From IMG/VR virus record IMGVR_UViG_3300044568_004364: 64,000 nt of DNA. One strand, 5' to 3'. The notes below the pieces were generated by a model. The model was not told the DNA's origin. It did not search any database and worked only from the letters and a program-made list of their open reading frames with translations. The first letter of the stretch is position 1; each line of letters opens with the position of its first letter. Below are positions 1 to 10,115 of the stretch, one piece after another. This DNA is from a virus. Both the position numbers and the translations under genes were made by a program.

Positions 1-3000
1 GTTGATACGCCTCTCCATTCAACTTGCCAGTTATTCCAGTCCGTACCTAAGATATCTAATGCAGGATCTTCAGCAATAAATTTAATTGCGTCAAACGAGC
101 TGTCGTCTTGAACAATCAAGCTTGGGCGACTCACAGTATCTTTCCAGTGATCAACACTTGGATATAAGCTAATCGCGCCACTTACCTTTGCGTAAATATG
201 CGGGTGCACACTAATGTGACCTGTTGCTTTTATGTGAGATACAAGGAGCGCTTCAGAATAATCTAATGTAACTAAGCTGTCGTGAACTCGTATCTTACTG
301 CTATCTACAGTTTTAATTGTGCCTGTAGTAGTTATAGCGCTAGAAATAATTAAGTCAACATTGTGAGTATTATAACGCGGGCGCAGTGTATTTGTGATAC
401 GATCAACGGCGCATGAGTATGAGGGGTTAAACACATCACCAATGCCATGACCAATAAAGTTATCAACAAGAATGCCATTCTTAAATCTTTCGCCAGCATC
501 ATCAAAGATTGGCTTGTCTGCTGCTGAACGTTCTAGCAATGATAATGAAGTATAATATTCAACATTAGATACACGCTTGTCAATAGCACCAATATCTCGC
601 ATTGTGTAACGGCGATTATCAATATAGTTAGGTACTATATCAGTTATGCTGCTTGTGTATGCAGGAATATCAAGAGAATATAGCGTCATGCTATTCTTTG
701 GAGAAGACGGCTCGACTGGAGCCAATGCAGGTACACCTTGAAGTATTGAAAATCTACCTTGAGAATTTACAATGACTTTATCGACTCGTGGTAAGTATAC
801 TGTTGCCGTTGCAGTTATTGCAGTGTTAGGATCTATGACAGATTTGCCTGTGTTGGCCACAATTGAACCTAGTATTCCATTGGTCACGGAATAAACAAGG
901 TCTTGACGGAAGTCGAATGCATCAGCCAATTTAATTCCTGCATATGTCGGGATATCTTCATAGGGTATACCAACATATGAATCTGTTGTATATACTACTA
1001 AATCTTTACTTTCAAGTCCAGCAGGACGTGCATAATATTCATATGTTATAACAACATTGCTACTTGTTATTGCTGTAGCACCAGTGTAACGTATGCGTGC
1101 ATTTGTGTAATATGTATCACGTTGTCCATCATCAAATAATACAAATTGCGATGTAATATTTACACCAGCGCGCACTACACTTTTAATGCGAATAACATCA
1201 GGCTTATCTAAATATAACACTTCATCTGCAGTTATGTTATTTGTGCCTGCAGCTATTGTGTGCGATCCTTCTGTTATTGTTTTCGTCACAAGAGCAGACG
1301 TGTTAGCATCGGTAATTTGTACTGGTGCAATTACACTGTATGTTTGAGCGGCTGTCCAAGCTGCATTTGCAATTGTTATTGTAGCAGTGTTTGCTGAACT
1401 AACGCTATATGTAGTAGGAGTACCGTCAACAAGTACAATTAATGTGTCTGAACTTTGAAATGTTTTACCAGTTCCTGCATTTATTGTAATAGTGCAATTA
1501 GGCGCCGCGCCGCTAACTGTACCAGTATATAATTGCTGTGCATAGTATTTTATACTAGCTAGGTCTTTAACTGCATCATATGGCAATGGGAAAATATTAG
1601 TGTTATTACTTTGTTGTAATAGGTTAGCGCTTGTAACAGTATACCTAAAATTATTACCTGCAATTTGATCTATGTTGTCAAAGCGACGAGCACTCCAATC
1701 AGCCGTTGAAGTTGTAGTATTAAAAACTACATCATACACGAAGCAACGATATTCGGTTGAAGTTACCCCTGTTGATTCAAATGCTCTTATTTTACATGTA
1801 CCAGTAGCAAGTAAAAATGTAAGTGCTACACTAGTTAATACCGTTGTGTTACCAGTTGTAATGACGGTAAACGTGTTGGTTGCGACAGCGGAAACAGTAT
1901 ATAATGCAAGTGGTATTGTTGCGTCTGCACTACTTGTTATAAAAATAATATCACCATTTGATAACCCATGAGAGTTGGCAGTTACGGTTAATGTGGTTGA
2001 CCCTTCAGTTCTTGATGCAAGGATCGTTGTAACTGTTGGTGTTGCATATAAGTTATATGTGTTTGTTACAGTTGATAACGTTGGAACGGTTGAAGATGCA
2101 CCGTTTGCACGTTGGATATTTCCAATAAAGTAACTGCCAATGTTTGCACTAACAGCTGCTTCAAAATCTGCAGTAGTGCGTGCTTTTGGTGCATTTAGAT
2201 TAATGCTGCGGTCAAGCGATACACGGTAACCGTCTACATAAGCAACGCTTTCACCTAGAGTAATATTATAGCGTTCCTTTGCATCTAGGATTGCTGTCTT
2301 CTTAGCTGCGGTTGTAGCAATATTATAACCAGCTGCATTTAAATTATTTGCAGTGTAAGTGCCGTATGTATAATCAACTTCGCTAACTAGACCAGTGCCG
2401 ACCACAGTTGGTGCGGTTGTTGGTGTTAAAATTGCTGTGAATACCTGCCCCACACTTTGCGGCGAAGTTGCACCCAATGCAATCCATTGCGCCTCGGTAG
2501 TCCCAGTTAGACTTTGAATCTTATATGTAATACCGCTCACAATGCAATCCACAGGAAGTGAATCGCCATCATATAGCTCACGCGCTTGCAATGGAAACGG
2601 ATTTACAGTATAGTTACCAGATTCTTCGCTTGTGCGTTTTGCAAGCACGTCATTAATTTCAGAGTACTTACTTGTTTCAGAGATTTCCTCAGGGCGTGAA
2701 GCGTTTACATATAGCAACTTGACATATTCATTTGCAGTTGTAGCCGTGTAGCCTTCTGTTGTTAACCAAGCCAATGAAAGATCGATTTGATAACGATCTG
2801 CACCAGGTGCACTATAGTTGGGTGTGCCTGTTGCATTATCTAGGAGGCTGTCGTCATCAAAATATGAAACAACGTTTTCATCAATCTTTAATAGCGCATA
2901 ACCTGTTAGGAGTGTGCTTTCAGTGCTCTTAGGCACAAAAAGAGTCTGTTGCGGTGTTGCAACAAATGAACCTTTTGTAAAATATACTCCGCTCTCACAT

Positions 3001-3536
3001 ACCACAGCTGCCGCATAACCCAAGCTGCTTGCAATTGATGTTGCATTAGTTAATACTGTGGGAGCAACCGTAGAATCTTCATTGCGTAATGCGATTGAAA
3101 ATGTTTGCACCGTAGACGGATAACTTTTTGCGTTGCTATTTCCAGTGCTAGTATAGGTATAATAAAACTTATATGTACTACCAGTTACAAGTTCAGCGCC
3201 AAGTACTTCTCCATTCAAGTTAAGATAGCGCAGAGTCTTTGCATTTGATGCAATATATGCTGCGGTGTATGCCGATGTTATTGTAGCAAGGTTAAGCTGT
3301 ATGCTATATACATTAGGTAGGAATGAAGCCTTGCCGCCAATCACTGCAGTATCTTTTTTCCATACACTAGATCCTAAACGATTAATTTGATCTTGTAGCG
3401 CGCTCTGTAATTGATTGAGCTCTCGCACTTGTACACTATACCCAGGCTTAAAGAGTATGCGAAGATAATTTTTATCACTGTTGCCAGCAGCAACATAATC
3501 ATCATAATAGTTATTGTTATATGTAGTAATTGACAT
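1..3536 (-). CDS. Large virion structural protein (DUF4815/VrlC-like), 3' end beyond the window
   Basis: Not in the ORF track because it is open at the edge. ATG at 3536 reads MSITTYNNNYYDDY...KNYLRILFKPGYSVQVRELNQLQSALQDQI; near the edge ...RRYTMRDIGAIDKRVSNVEYYTSLSLLE...FKNGILVDNF, motifs typical of this T4-like family. Confidence 0.85.
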   Translation of the reverse strand, partial: MSITTYNNNYYDDYVAAGNSDKNYLRILFKPGYSVQVRELNQLQSALQDQINRLGSSVWKKDTAVIGGKASFLPNVYSIQLNLATITSAYTAAYIASNAKTLRYLNLNGEVLGAELVTGSTYKFYYTYTSTGNSNAKSYPSTVQTFSIALRNEDSTVAPTVLTNATSIASSLGYAAAVVCESGVYFTKGSFVATPQQTLFVPKSTESTLLTGYALLKIDENVVSYFDDDSLLDNATGTPNYSAPGADRYQIDLSLAWLTTEGYTATTANEYVKLLYVNASRPEEISETSKYSEINDVLAKRTSEESGNYTVNPFPLQARELYDGDSLPVDCIVSGITYKIQSLTGTTEAQWIALGATSPQSVGQVFTAILTPTTAPTVVGTGLVSEVDYTYGTYTANNLNAAGYNIATTAAKKTAILDAKERYNITLGESVAYVDGYRVSLDRSINLNAPKARTTADFEAAVSANIGSYFIGNIQRANGASSTVPTLSTVTNTYNLYATPTVTTILASRTEGSTTLTVTANSHGLSNGDIIFITSSADATIPLALYTVSAVATNTFTVITTGNTTVLTSVALTFLLATGTCKIRAFESTGVTSTEYRCFVYDVVFNTTTSTADWSARRFDNIDQIAGNNFRYTVTSANLLQQSNNTNIFPLPYDAVKDLASIKYYAQQLYTGTVSGAAPNCTITINAGTGKTFQSSDTLIVLVDGTPTTYSVSSANTATITIANAAWTAAQTYSVIAPVQITDANTSALVTKTITEGSHTIAAGTNNITADEVLYLDKPDVIRIKSVVRAGVNITSQFVLFDDGQRDTYYTNARIRYTGATAITSSNVVITYEYYARPAGLESKDLVVYTTDSYVGIPYEDIPTYAGIKLADAFDFRQDLVYSVTNGILGSIVANTGKSVIDPNTAITATATVYLPRVDKVIVNSQGRFSILQGVPALAPVEPSSPKNSMTLYSLDIPAYTSSITDIVPNYIDNRRYTMRDIGAIDKRVSNVEYYTSLSLLERSAADKPIFDDAGERFKNGILVDNFIGHGIGDVFNPSYSCAVDRITNTLRPRYNTHNVDLIISSAITTTGTIKTVDSSKIRVHDSLVTLDYSEALLVSHIKATGHISVHPHIYAKVSGAISLYPSVDHWKDTVSRPSLIVQDDSSFDAIKFIAEDPALDILGTDWNNWQVEWRGVS

Positions 3537-4882
3537 TAGAATTGAATGATAATCTTAATTTCTTCAGTTTGACCACTTTGGCGAGTAATAGGCAAGCGAT
3601 TTTCCGTGAAGACCACATCGCCGCTATTTGATATATATTCATTATCATTTACTGCTGTATATGAAACGCTATTTGCACCAGTCGTATATGTACTAGTTCC
3701 TGCAGGAACTATACCTGTTCCCGTAATACTATTTTGATGAAAGTAAACGCGATGTTGGCCGCCAACAACTGCATAGGTATCATAGAACGCGCGTGTGCTG
3801 TTTGTGAATGTTATAACTTCACCTGTGTTTGTAGAGTATGCAGGTGCGCCTGATAAAACAAGATAACGTAATGCCGCGAGTGTTGATGGATTGGCTGTAC
3901 CAGCTGTAATTTCAGGATTTTTAATAAGTGAAATTTGACGGAACGGTATGAATAATCCATCGCTTGAAATATTATCAACTGCATTGATTGATATTGCAGC
4001 ATAAAATGCAGGTAACGTGCGTGATGGGTTATATGCAAAGCCTTCAGCTGGTGCAATATTAGGACTGATCACTGCGCCTGTGCCACCAGTTAGGCCAATA
4101 AATACTCCGCCTAATATATTTTTAGCATTGCTACCTGTATAATCATAACCTGAAGGCAATGCCACACCTGTAATTACTCCACCTGTTGTAGTTACTACAA
4201 CATTTGATACCACAACTGGAGTGGCTGATCCACTCTGACGTGCATTAAATGTTACAGTCTGATTTGAATATCCAGAACCGCCGTTTAATATTGTAAAGCC
4301 ATATAGTAATCCACCGCCATCATTTAGAATTTGTGTTGAATTTGTGTTGTTTGGCGTAGAGCGTATGCTTATAAATTGATCGGTATTAAAATTTGTTACA
4401 TCAGTGTCAATTAATACCCAAATATAATTGTCAGCACCAGTTACTGCACGGTAGTCTAGTGCAGCTGTTGGCAATACGGTTGCTGCTGCGCCAGCATTAT
4501 TACTTAAACAAAGATATACGCGGCCACTTAATGTTGCATAACATGGATACACAGTATCAGCACCGATTGTAGGATAAAAGCAACTACTATCATTTGGTTT
4601 ATATGCTTTATATTTTCTGCCAGTTTCAAATATGATATTTGGAATTGCAATGTGTGTATTTCCTGTGGTAATCTGTATGCATGTAATAAGATTTGAAAGA
4701 ATATCTCGTTCTTCGCCATTAGTACCGTTTATAGATGGTACCACAGCAGGGATGCTTTCATCAGCTGCCCACTTATCAGATTTACCTATACCAAGATAAT
4801 ATTTATTAGCGGCATTGGCAATATCAGCTAGGAATGTTGCTGCATTATTACGGCGAAAGTGTTCTGTTACAATAGCGGACAT
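3536..4882 (-). CDS. gp8: Baseplate wedge subunit, gp8-like
   Basis: MSAIVTEHFRRNNA start, YYLGIGK, VYLCLSNN, FRQISLIKNP, C-terminal ENRLPITR..QTEEIKIIIQF; start trimmed to Met at 4882. Confidence 0.85.
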   Translation of the reverse strand: MSAIVTEHFRRNNAATFLADIANAANKYYLGIGKSDKWAADESIPAVVPSINGTNGEERDILSNLITCIQITTGNTHIAIPNIIFETGRKYKAYKPNDSSCFYPTIGADTVYPCYATLSGRVYLCLSNNAGAAATVLPTAALDYRAVTGADNYIWVLIDTDVTNFNTDQFISIRSTPNNTNSTQILNDGGGLLYGFTILNGGSGYSNQTVTFNARQSGSATPVVVSNVVVTTTGGVITGVALPSGYDYTGSNAKNILGGVFIGLTGGTGAVISPNIAPAEGFAYNPSRTLPAFYAAISINAVDNISSDGLFIPFRQISLIKNPEITAGTANPSTLAALRYLVLSGAPAYSTNTGEVITFTNSTRAFYDTYAVVGGQHRVYFHQNSITGTGIVPAGTSTYTTGANSVSYTAVNDNEYISNSGDVVFTENRLPITRQSGQTEEIKIIIQF

Positions 4883-4916
4883 ATTTGAATTATTTAATGT
4901 ATTTATATATAAAATC

Positions 4917-6305
4917 TTAACCAATAACTATAACGCTGCCAATACTAGGATTGGAGTCGGTGCCACTGACTAAGCTAGCACCAAGAAAGGCAAATTGTGT
5001 AGTCTTTGCGCGGCCGTTTACAACAATTTCATGCTCAGCCGCAGTTAATGCAGATGTTGTGCTAACATTTCCGCCGCCAGTAATTATGTAATTGGTATTT
5101 GGCATAGCAGTTAAAAAGTTCATAATATAATATCCAGTCGCAAGCGCCTTATTCGCGCTTGGTGGTGCAACAGATGGATCAGAAGTTATATAGCTTGGTA
5201 TAATTGAATGAACATTTCCAGCTGCACGTATAACAATACTCTTTACAATAACAGTCCCAGCTGATGATGTGCTAGCATGACTTATTACTGTAAACACCGT
5301 TGGGCTAACAACACTGGCAACCACATAATTACCATCAAACGGGGCAGTACCGCTAGTGACAGTAAAATCTAAAAATACAACCTGCCCCGCAAGATACCCG
5401 TGCGCTGTCACTGTACCTATTGAAACTGTTGTTGAACTGGTTCTGCTGTAAGATCCAACGAGTTCGTCTGTAGATGTTCCATTAAAATTTGCCCAAGCAC
5501 GAATGCCATACACTGGTGCGCTTCCTGTTTGCGCTCCACTTAATTTTTCAGCAGTGACGGCAGCGTTTGCAATCTTGCCTGTTGTCACACCGAGATTATT
5601 AATTTTATCTGTTGTGACTGCGCTGTTTGCAATCTTTGCAGTTGTTACTGCAGAATCAGCAAGTTTATCTTCAATTACTGCAGCGTTTGCAATCTTAATA
5701 CTTGTGATTGCACTATCACCTACTTTATCAACCGTCACGGCGCTAGCGCTGATATTATTGGCAGTGATTGCATTATCTGCTACTTTGGCGTTAGTGATTG
5801 CGCTGGCAGCAACCTTTGCTGTAGTCACTGCACTATCTGCAATTTTGCCAGTTGTCACATTAAGATCGGTAATTTTAATAGTTGTTACTGCATTAGATGC
5901 AAGCTTAGCTGCTGTTACCGCGCTATCGCTCAATGCGGTACTCAGGCTTATATTACCTGCACCGTTTATACCAGACACAACTCCAGCTACATCACCAGAT
6001 AATGTTAATGTGCGTGATGTTTGCCATGCAGCTGCCAATGTAGCAACACCAGTGAATGCAGGCGCAGTAACCGTGCCTGTAAATGTTGGACTAGCAATGT
6101 TAGCTTTAAGGTTTAATGCAGTTGTAATACCGCTTGGTATGGTAGTTACAAAACTAGCTAAGCCGTTTGCCAACTCTAAAGCTGTTATTTTTTTATTTGT
6201 TCCGCCACCTGACATGTCAGTATCACTAATGTCAATAAGTGGTACAATATCACCAGATAATATTGTTGCGGCTGTTAAGTCAGCAAAAGTTGTAATTTTT
6301 GGCAT
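4917..6305 (-). CDS. Tail fibre-like protein with 10-aa (AVTTAKIADS) repeats
   Basis: About 12 decapeptide repeats, KANIASPTFTGTV, RAWANFNG and GYYIMNF..AMPNTNY motifs; lies in the tail module. Confidence 0.7.
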   Translation of the reverse strand: MPKITTFADLTAATILSGDIVPLIDISDTDMSGGGTNKKITALELANGLASFVTTIPSGITTALNLKANIASPTFTGTVTAPAFTGVATLAAAWQTSRTLTLSGDVAGVVSGINGAGNISLSTALSDSAVTAAKLASNAVTTIKITDLNVTTGKIADSAVTTAKVAASAITNAKVADNAITANNISASAVTVDKVGDSAITSIKIANAAVIEDKLADSAVTTAKIANSAVTTDKINNLGVTTGKIANAAVTAEKLSGAQTGSAPVYGIRAWANFNGTSTDELVGSYSRTSSTTVSIGTVTAHGYLAGQVVFLDFTVTSGTAPFDGNYVVASVVSPTVFTVISHASTSSAGTVIVKSIVIRAAGNVHSIIPSYITSDPSVAPPSANKALATGYYIMNFLTAMPNTNYIITGGGNVSTTSALTAAEHEIVVNGRAKTTQFAFLGASLVSGTDSNPSIGSVIVIG

Positions 6306-6324
6306 GGTATTATAATTGTATTAT

Positions 6325-6492
6325 TTATGATGGCGCATTTGCTGCAAGCCAAAGTGTTTTGTAATTTGATCCATATGCTACAAGTAATGCTCGCAGCTCG
6401 ATTACGCTCATGCTATGCGGCACTACTTTGTAATTGGTAATGGTTTGTGAGACGGCGCAAAATGCTTGCTTGATGAGTTGTGCCATAGTCAT
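6325..6492 (-). CDS. Small (55 aa) tail-associated hypothetical protein, possibly truncated
   Basis: MTMAQLIKQAFCAVSQTITNYKVVPHSMSVIELRALLVAYGSNYKTLWLAANAPS* fills the gap between the two fibre genes; below the ORF-track cutoff. Confidence 0.4.
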   Translation of the reverse strand: MTMAQLIKQAFCAVSQTITNYKVVPHSMSVIELRALLVAYGSNYKTLWLAANAPS

Positions 6493-6510
6493 TGAGGTTG
6501 GTGGTTGATG

Positions 6511-8217
6511 TTAAGCCATGCGGCGGCGAACTTGGCCTTCTGGGATATAGTAGAGTTGTCCAATGGCTACGCCACCTGCTGCAGCCGCTGCATCGTTTAC
6601 ATAAGGGCCTACTGGAGCAAGTGCAAATCCCGCGCTACCGTTTGCCGCAATTGCAAGCGCAGTCGCTACGTTTGTGCCGAGTCCCGTCATGTCCGATGGA
6701 GCAACTCGCCCTTCTTGGTCGCCCACAATAGCAATGGTGCCACTAGCTCCACTGATAGGCTGGAGAGTTTGCAGATCAATCGTTAATGTTGGTTCATCGA
6801 TGCCGTTCGTGACATTCCATGACGCTGGATTGATGTTCCATGGTTTGTCGGTTGTGCTTGTAAAGTAAGCGTCATAATTATCGACACCGTCAAAAGTATG
6901 CACAACCCAATCAGTCCCATCATACTCCACCGACCCATTACCCCCAGCCCAACAACGCTTACCGTTAGTTAATGATGCTTGTTCAATTAGATCATCCGTA
7001 AATGCTGGTGTTGTGCCAGTGACTGTGATAACTGATGTTAAAGGTAGCACGTCGAGTGCCGTTCTCATTGCACTAGCTGCCTCTGCGCTGTAGGTGTAGG
7101 ACGTGGCGTTAAAAGTCGTCGCTGAGTTGAACGTTGGTGAGTTGATCGTTGGTGATGTGATCGTTGGTGATGTTGCAAAAACAAGTGAGCCTGTTCCTGT
7201 CTCATCGGTGACTGCTGCGCGTAGGTTGGCGCTGCTTGGAGTTGTTAAAAATGTCGCTACGTTTGCCGCTGGTGTCGTTGTTGCGAGCGTTGTCAGCCCC
7301 AGCGCCGTACGATGCGTTGCCGCCGCGCCTGCGCCATAAGCGAATCCAGACGGTGACAGAGTTAAAGTGCCACCGTTGATCGTGCTGCCGCCAGCTCCTC
7401 CTACCGTGACAGTTCCGGATCCACTTGCGGTCAGATTTGCCGCCGTTGTGACTGCGACGTTAAAGTTTGCCCCGCCTGTCTGACTGTAACCTCCTGAATG
7501 CGTAACAAGTCCCGAAAGAGTTAATCCTGCGATTGACGGCGTTGTCAACGATGGCGATGTGCCAAAAACCAATGCGCCTGTTCCAGCCACGCCTGTGACC
7601 GCTGCGGCAAGATTCGCGCTGCTTGGCGTGGCAAGAAATGTCGCTACGTTTGCTGCTGGTGTCGTTGTTGCGAGCGTTGTCAGCCCCAGCGCCGTGCGAT
7701 GCGCTGTCGCCGCGCCTGTGCCGTAAGTGTAGCTCGTCGCGTTGAAGGTAGCGGCAGTATCAATGTTGATGTTCGTAATCGCCGGGCCATAATCCATGAC
7801 CACGTTCCCTGTCCCTGTGTAATCCAACATCATGTTTTGGAAGCTCCCGGCACTGGGGGAAATTAAGAACGTAGCGACATTAGACCCGAGGTCTGTGATG
7901 TCCCCCGCTTCAATCGCCAGTCCGTATTTAAACGCTGCCGCCGCGCCTGTTCCGTAGGTATAAGTTGTGCTGTTTATTGTTGTAGTGCCAGCCAGTGTGG
8001 TGCCACTTAGTGTTGGATTATTTGATAAAACGATCGAACCAGTTCCGCTTTTGCCATATACATCAACAATGCTAGAAGCTAAGTTTCCAAACAAGATTCT
8101 TTTGTTTGAACCAGCACCACTCATTTCCTTATCACTAAAGTCAACAATTGGAATGTAATCATCTGCAACTGCGGGTTGTGTTAGTGTAGCTAATTGTGAA
8201 AAGCGTATATCTGACAT
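6511..8217 (-). CDS. Tail fibre-like protein
   Basis: Repeated ATFLxTPSSANLxAAVT-x-x-GTGxLVF motifs; N-terminus shared with the 4917-6305 protein (IPxxDxSDxxMSGxGxNKxI). Confidence 0.7.
   Translation of the reverse strand: MSDIRFSQLATLTQPAVADDYIPIVDFSDKEMSGAGSNKRILFGNLASSIVDVYGKSGTGSIVLSNNPTLSGTTLAGTTTINSTTYTYGTGAAAAFKYGLAIEAGDITDLGSNVATFLISPSAGSFQNMMLDYTGTGNVVMDYGPAITNINIDTAATFNATSYTYGTGAATAHRTALGLTTLATTTPAANVATFLATPSSANLAAAVTGVAGTGALVFGTSPSLTTPSIAGLTLSGLVTHSGGYSQTGGANFNVAVTTAANLTASGSGTVTVGGAGGSTINGGTLTLSPSGFAYGAGAAATHRTALGLTTLATTTPAANVATFLTTPSSANLRAAVTDETGTGSLVFATSPTITSPTINSPTFNSATTFNATSYTYSAEAASAMRTALDVLPLTSVITVTGTTPAFTDDLIEQASLTNGKRCWAGGNGSVEYDGTDWVVHTFDGVDNYDAYFTSTTDKPWNINPASWNVTNGIDEPTLTIDLQTLQPISGASGTIAIVGDQEGRVAPSDMTGLGTNVATALAIAANGSAGFALAPVGPYVNDAAAAAGGVAIGQLYYIPEGQVRRRMA
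7229..7727. repeat. Imperfect direct repeat of about 112 bp (7229-7340 and 7616-7727), in-frame within the fibre gene
   Basis: Both copies contain gctggtgtcgttgttgcgagcgttgtcagccccagcgccgt; offset 387 nt (129 codons). Confidence 0.85.
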
Positions 8218-8238
8218 ATATTATTGTATGTATTTATA

Positions 8239-10113
8239 TTAATTACCAAGTGATTCTATTACAAATGTATAGTCTCCACTCTCGTTTACTAAAACATTAA
8301 CTCCATTTTCAATGTAGAGCGTTGCACCATTTGGATTTGTTCTTGGAGCAACTGCACTATATTCATAGCCTGCTAATGTTTGGCCATCAAATCTTAGCGT
8401 TAACGAGGCATCGCCATAATTTTCATCCTGTACATTTTCATCATGAAACAATTCGCTGTATGCCCAATTTAAATATGTGTAATATAAAGAAAGCGAGCTG
8501 TCATTAGATGCAAATGCATTTTGACCCTCAATAACATATGCAGCTGTCGCCTGATAGAATGATTTTTTAAATATATAAACTAATCGTTGCAGTGCAGCTC
8601 GTTCTTCATCTGTTTGCGATGCTACGGAAAGTATATTGAAAATACGTAATGCAGCTGATAACCACCCAGGTTGAGATGTAGGAGTATGCGCGCCTGCAAC
8701 TGGTGGGCGATATGAATTTAACCATGATATATCTTGTTGTGGGCGTGGCGCACTATAGTCAATGGGCTCAGGCCATCCCGTGCGAGCAACAAGTTGAATT
8801 AATATAGCTGCAAATAGTTTTAATCCTGATGGATGTACAAATCGTAAGTAATCATATGACCATGTATCAAGCGATAAAGAACTCTTAATTTGATATGAAT
8901 ATTTTTGCCAAAATACGCCGTCATGTAACTTATAACGATCTGATGGAAATGATCGTGCATCTGTGTATTGCCAAATGAGATATTTCCCATCGGCTGAGCT
9001 TTGCAAGAGTTTCCAAACCGTAGGATCTAAACGAGATGCGCGATAAATTTCGATCGCGTTATTTGCTAGCGTTGATGGGACGCGATTTAACACATCATTA
9101 ATCCTCGACGCAAATTCCGGTATTGCGGTTACTATAAAGGTATGAAGGTATTCTACATTCTGCTCTACAATCACTCTAGTTGCTGGGAATGACGCTTCGG
9201 TTACAATAGCAAAGGCATCTGCGGTGCCCGCCTCACTTGTAATATAAGCCGTGCCGCCAACTTCTGTTGTAATACCATGAGTTGGTAAATCAACGGTACC
9301 AGATGCGATTGGTGTAATTGTTAAAGTATCATACTGTATATTACGATCAGCAACAGCAGTCTCGTTATATGTAAGGTTACTTATAAATGACGATCTCCAA
9401 TCTGCGCCATCTGGCCATACAGCGTCATTCACACTTTCAATACTATATGCTTCATAAAGATAAACCCAACGATCATTTGTGCCGTTGCGTACTACGCGTG
9501 GTTGAGAAGCTGGTGCAAGACCGTCAAGTGTCCATGCAGTATTTGAGTAGCTCCTAAAGATAAATGTATATGGTGCAACCGTGCCAGGGTGTGGTGGTGC
9601 AATTGCTACGTCTGAGGTAATACTTATACGCGATTTATTTGGATTTGTGTTTACCACATTTAATGTAGACAATCTTTCTTCCAAATCAATCCAACTTCCA
9701 CCTCCACTAGAAAGGTCAAATAGGTAATCTTTTGGATAAAATATATTTACCGCTTCATCAAAAAATATCTTAAAGAATGTATGTATACTATCTTCACTGC
9801 CACGAGTGCGATAATATTGCAATATGATTTTGTATAGCGATACTTTATCTAGGACGCGTGAATTTGGAATGTTACGCGCAATAAGACCTTGTATTTCCGA
9901 TAGGTATTTGTCCGATACAAGGTCAATATCCTTTTCACGTGTAATGTTTGCTATTTCATATGAAGGCAGACCAACACTGTTAATATGATCATAATAAACC
10001 TGAATAAAATCCATGAGAGTCTTTGCGCTCTCTTCGATTGCAGATGGAAATAGCGAGGGTGCACGTACACTCTCAAGGTTATGCGGTCGTGAATCTACAA
10101 TACTTAGTGCCAT
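8239..10113 (-). CDS. gp7: Baseplate wedge subunit, gp7-like
   Basis: YYRTRGSEDSIHTFFKIFF, LHDGVFWQKYSYQIKS and FVHPSGLKLFA motifs; next to gp6. Confidence 0.7.
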   Translation of the reverse strand: MALSIVDSRPHNLESVRAPSLFPSAIEESAKTLMDFIQVYYDHINSVGLPSYEIANITREKDIDLVSDKYLSEIQGLIARNIPNSRVLDKVSLYKIILQYYRTRGSEDSIHTFFKIFFDEAVNIFYPKDYLFDLSSGGGSWIDLEERLSTLNVVNTNPNKSRISITSDVAIAPPHPGTVAPYTFIFRSYSNTAWTLDGLAPASQPRVVRNGTNDRWVYLYEAYSIESVNDAVWPDGADWRSSFISNLTYNETAVADRNIQYDTLTITPIASGTVDLPTHGITTEVGGTAYITSEAGTADAFAIVTEASFPATRVIVEQNVEYLHTFIVTAIPEFASRINDVLNRVPSTLANNAIEIYRASRLDPTVWKLLQSSADGKYLIWQYTDARSFPSDRYKLHDGVFWQKYSYQIKSSLSLDTWSYDYLRFVHPSGLKLFAAILIQLVARTGWPEPIDYSAPRPQQDISWLNSYRPPVAGAHTPTSQPGWLSAALRIFNILSVASQTDEERAALQRLVYIFKKSFYQATAAYVIEGQNAFASNDSSLSLYYTYLNWAYSELFHDENVQDENYGDASLTLRFDGQTLAGYEYSAVAPRTNPNGATLYIENGVNVLVNESGDYTFVIESLGN

Positions 10114-10115
10114 AT

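Noticed and set aside
5503-6315. Long opposite-strand ORFs (also 22163-22918, 17011-17526, 59420-59947 and others)
   Set aside because: Antisense shadows of well-supported genes, with no recognisable motifs.
7229-7727. Diversity-generating retroelement TR/VR pair
   Set aside because: Both copies are in-frame in one gene, mismatches are not adenine-specific, and no reverse transcriptase is in the window.
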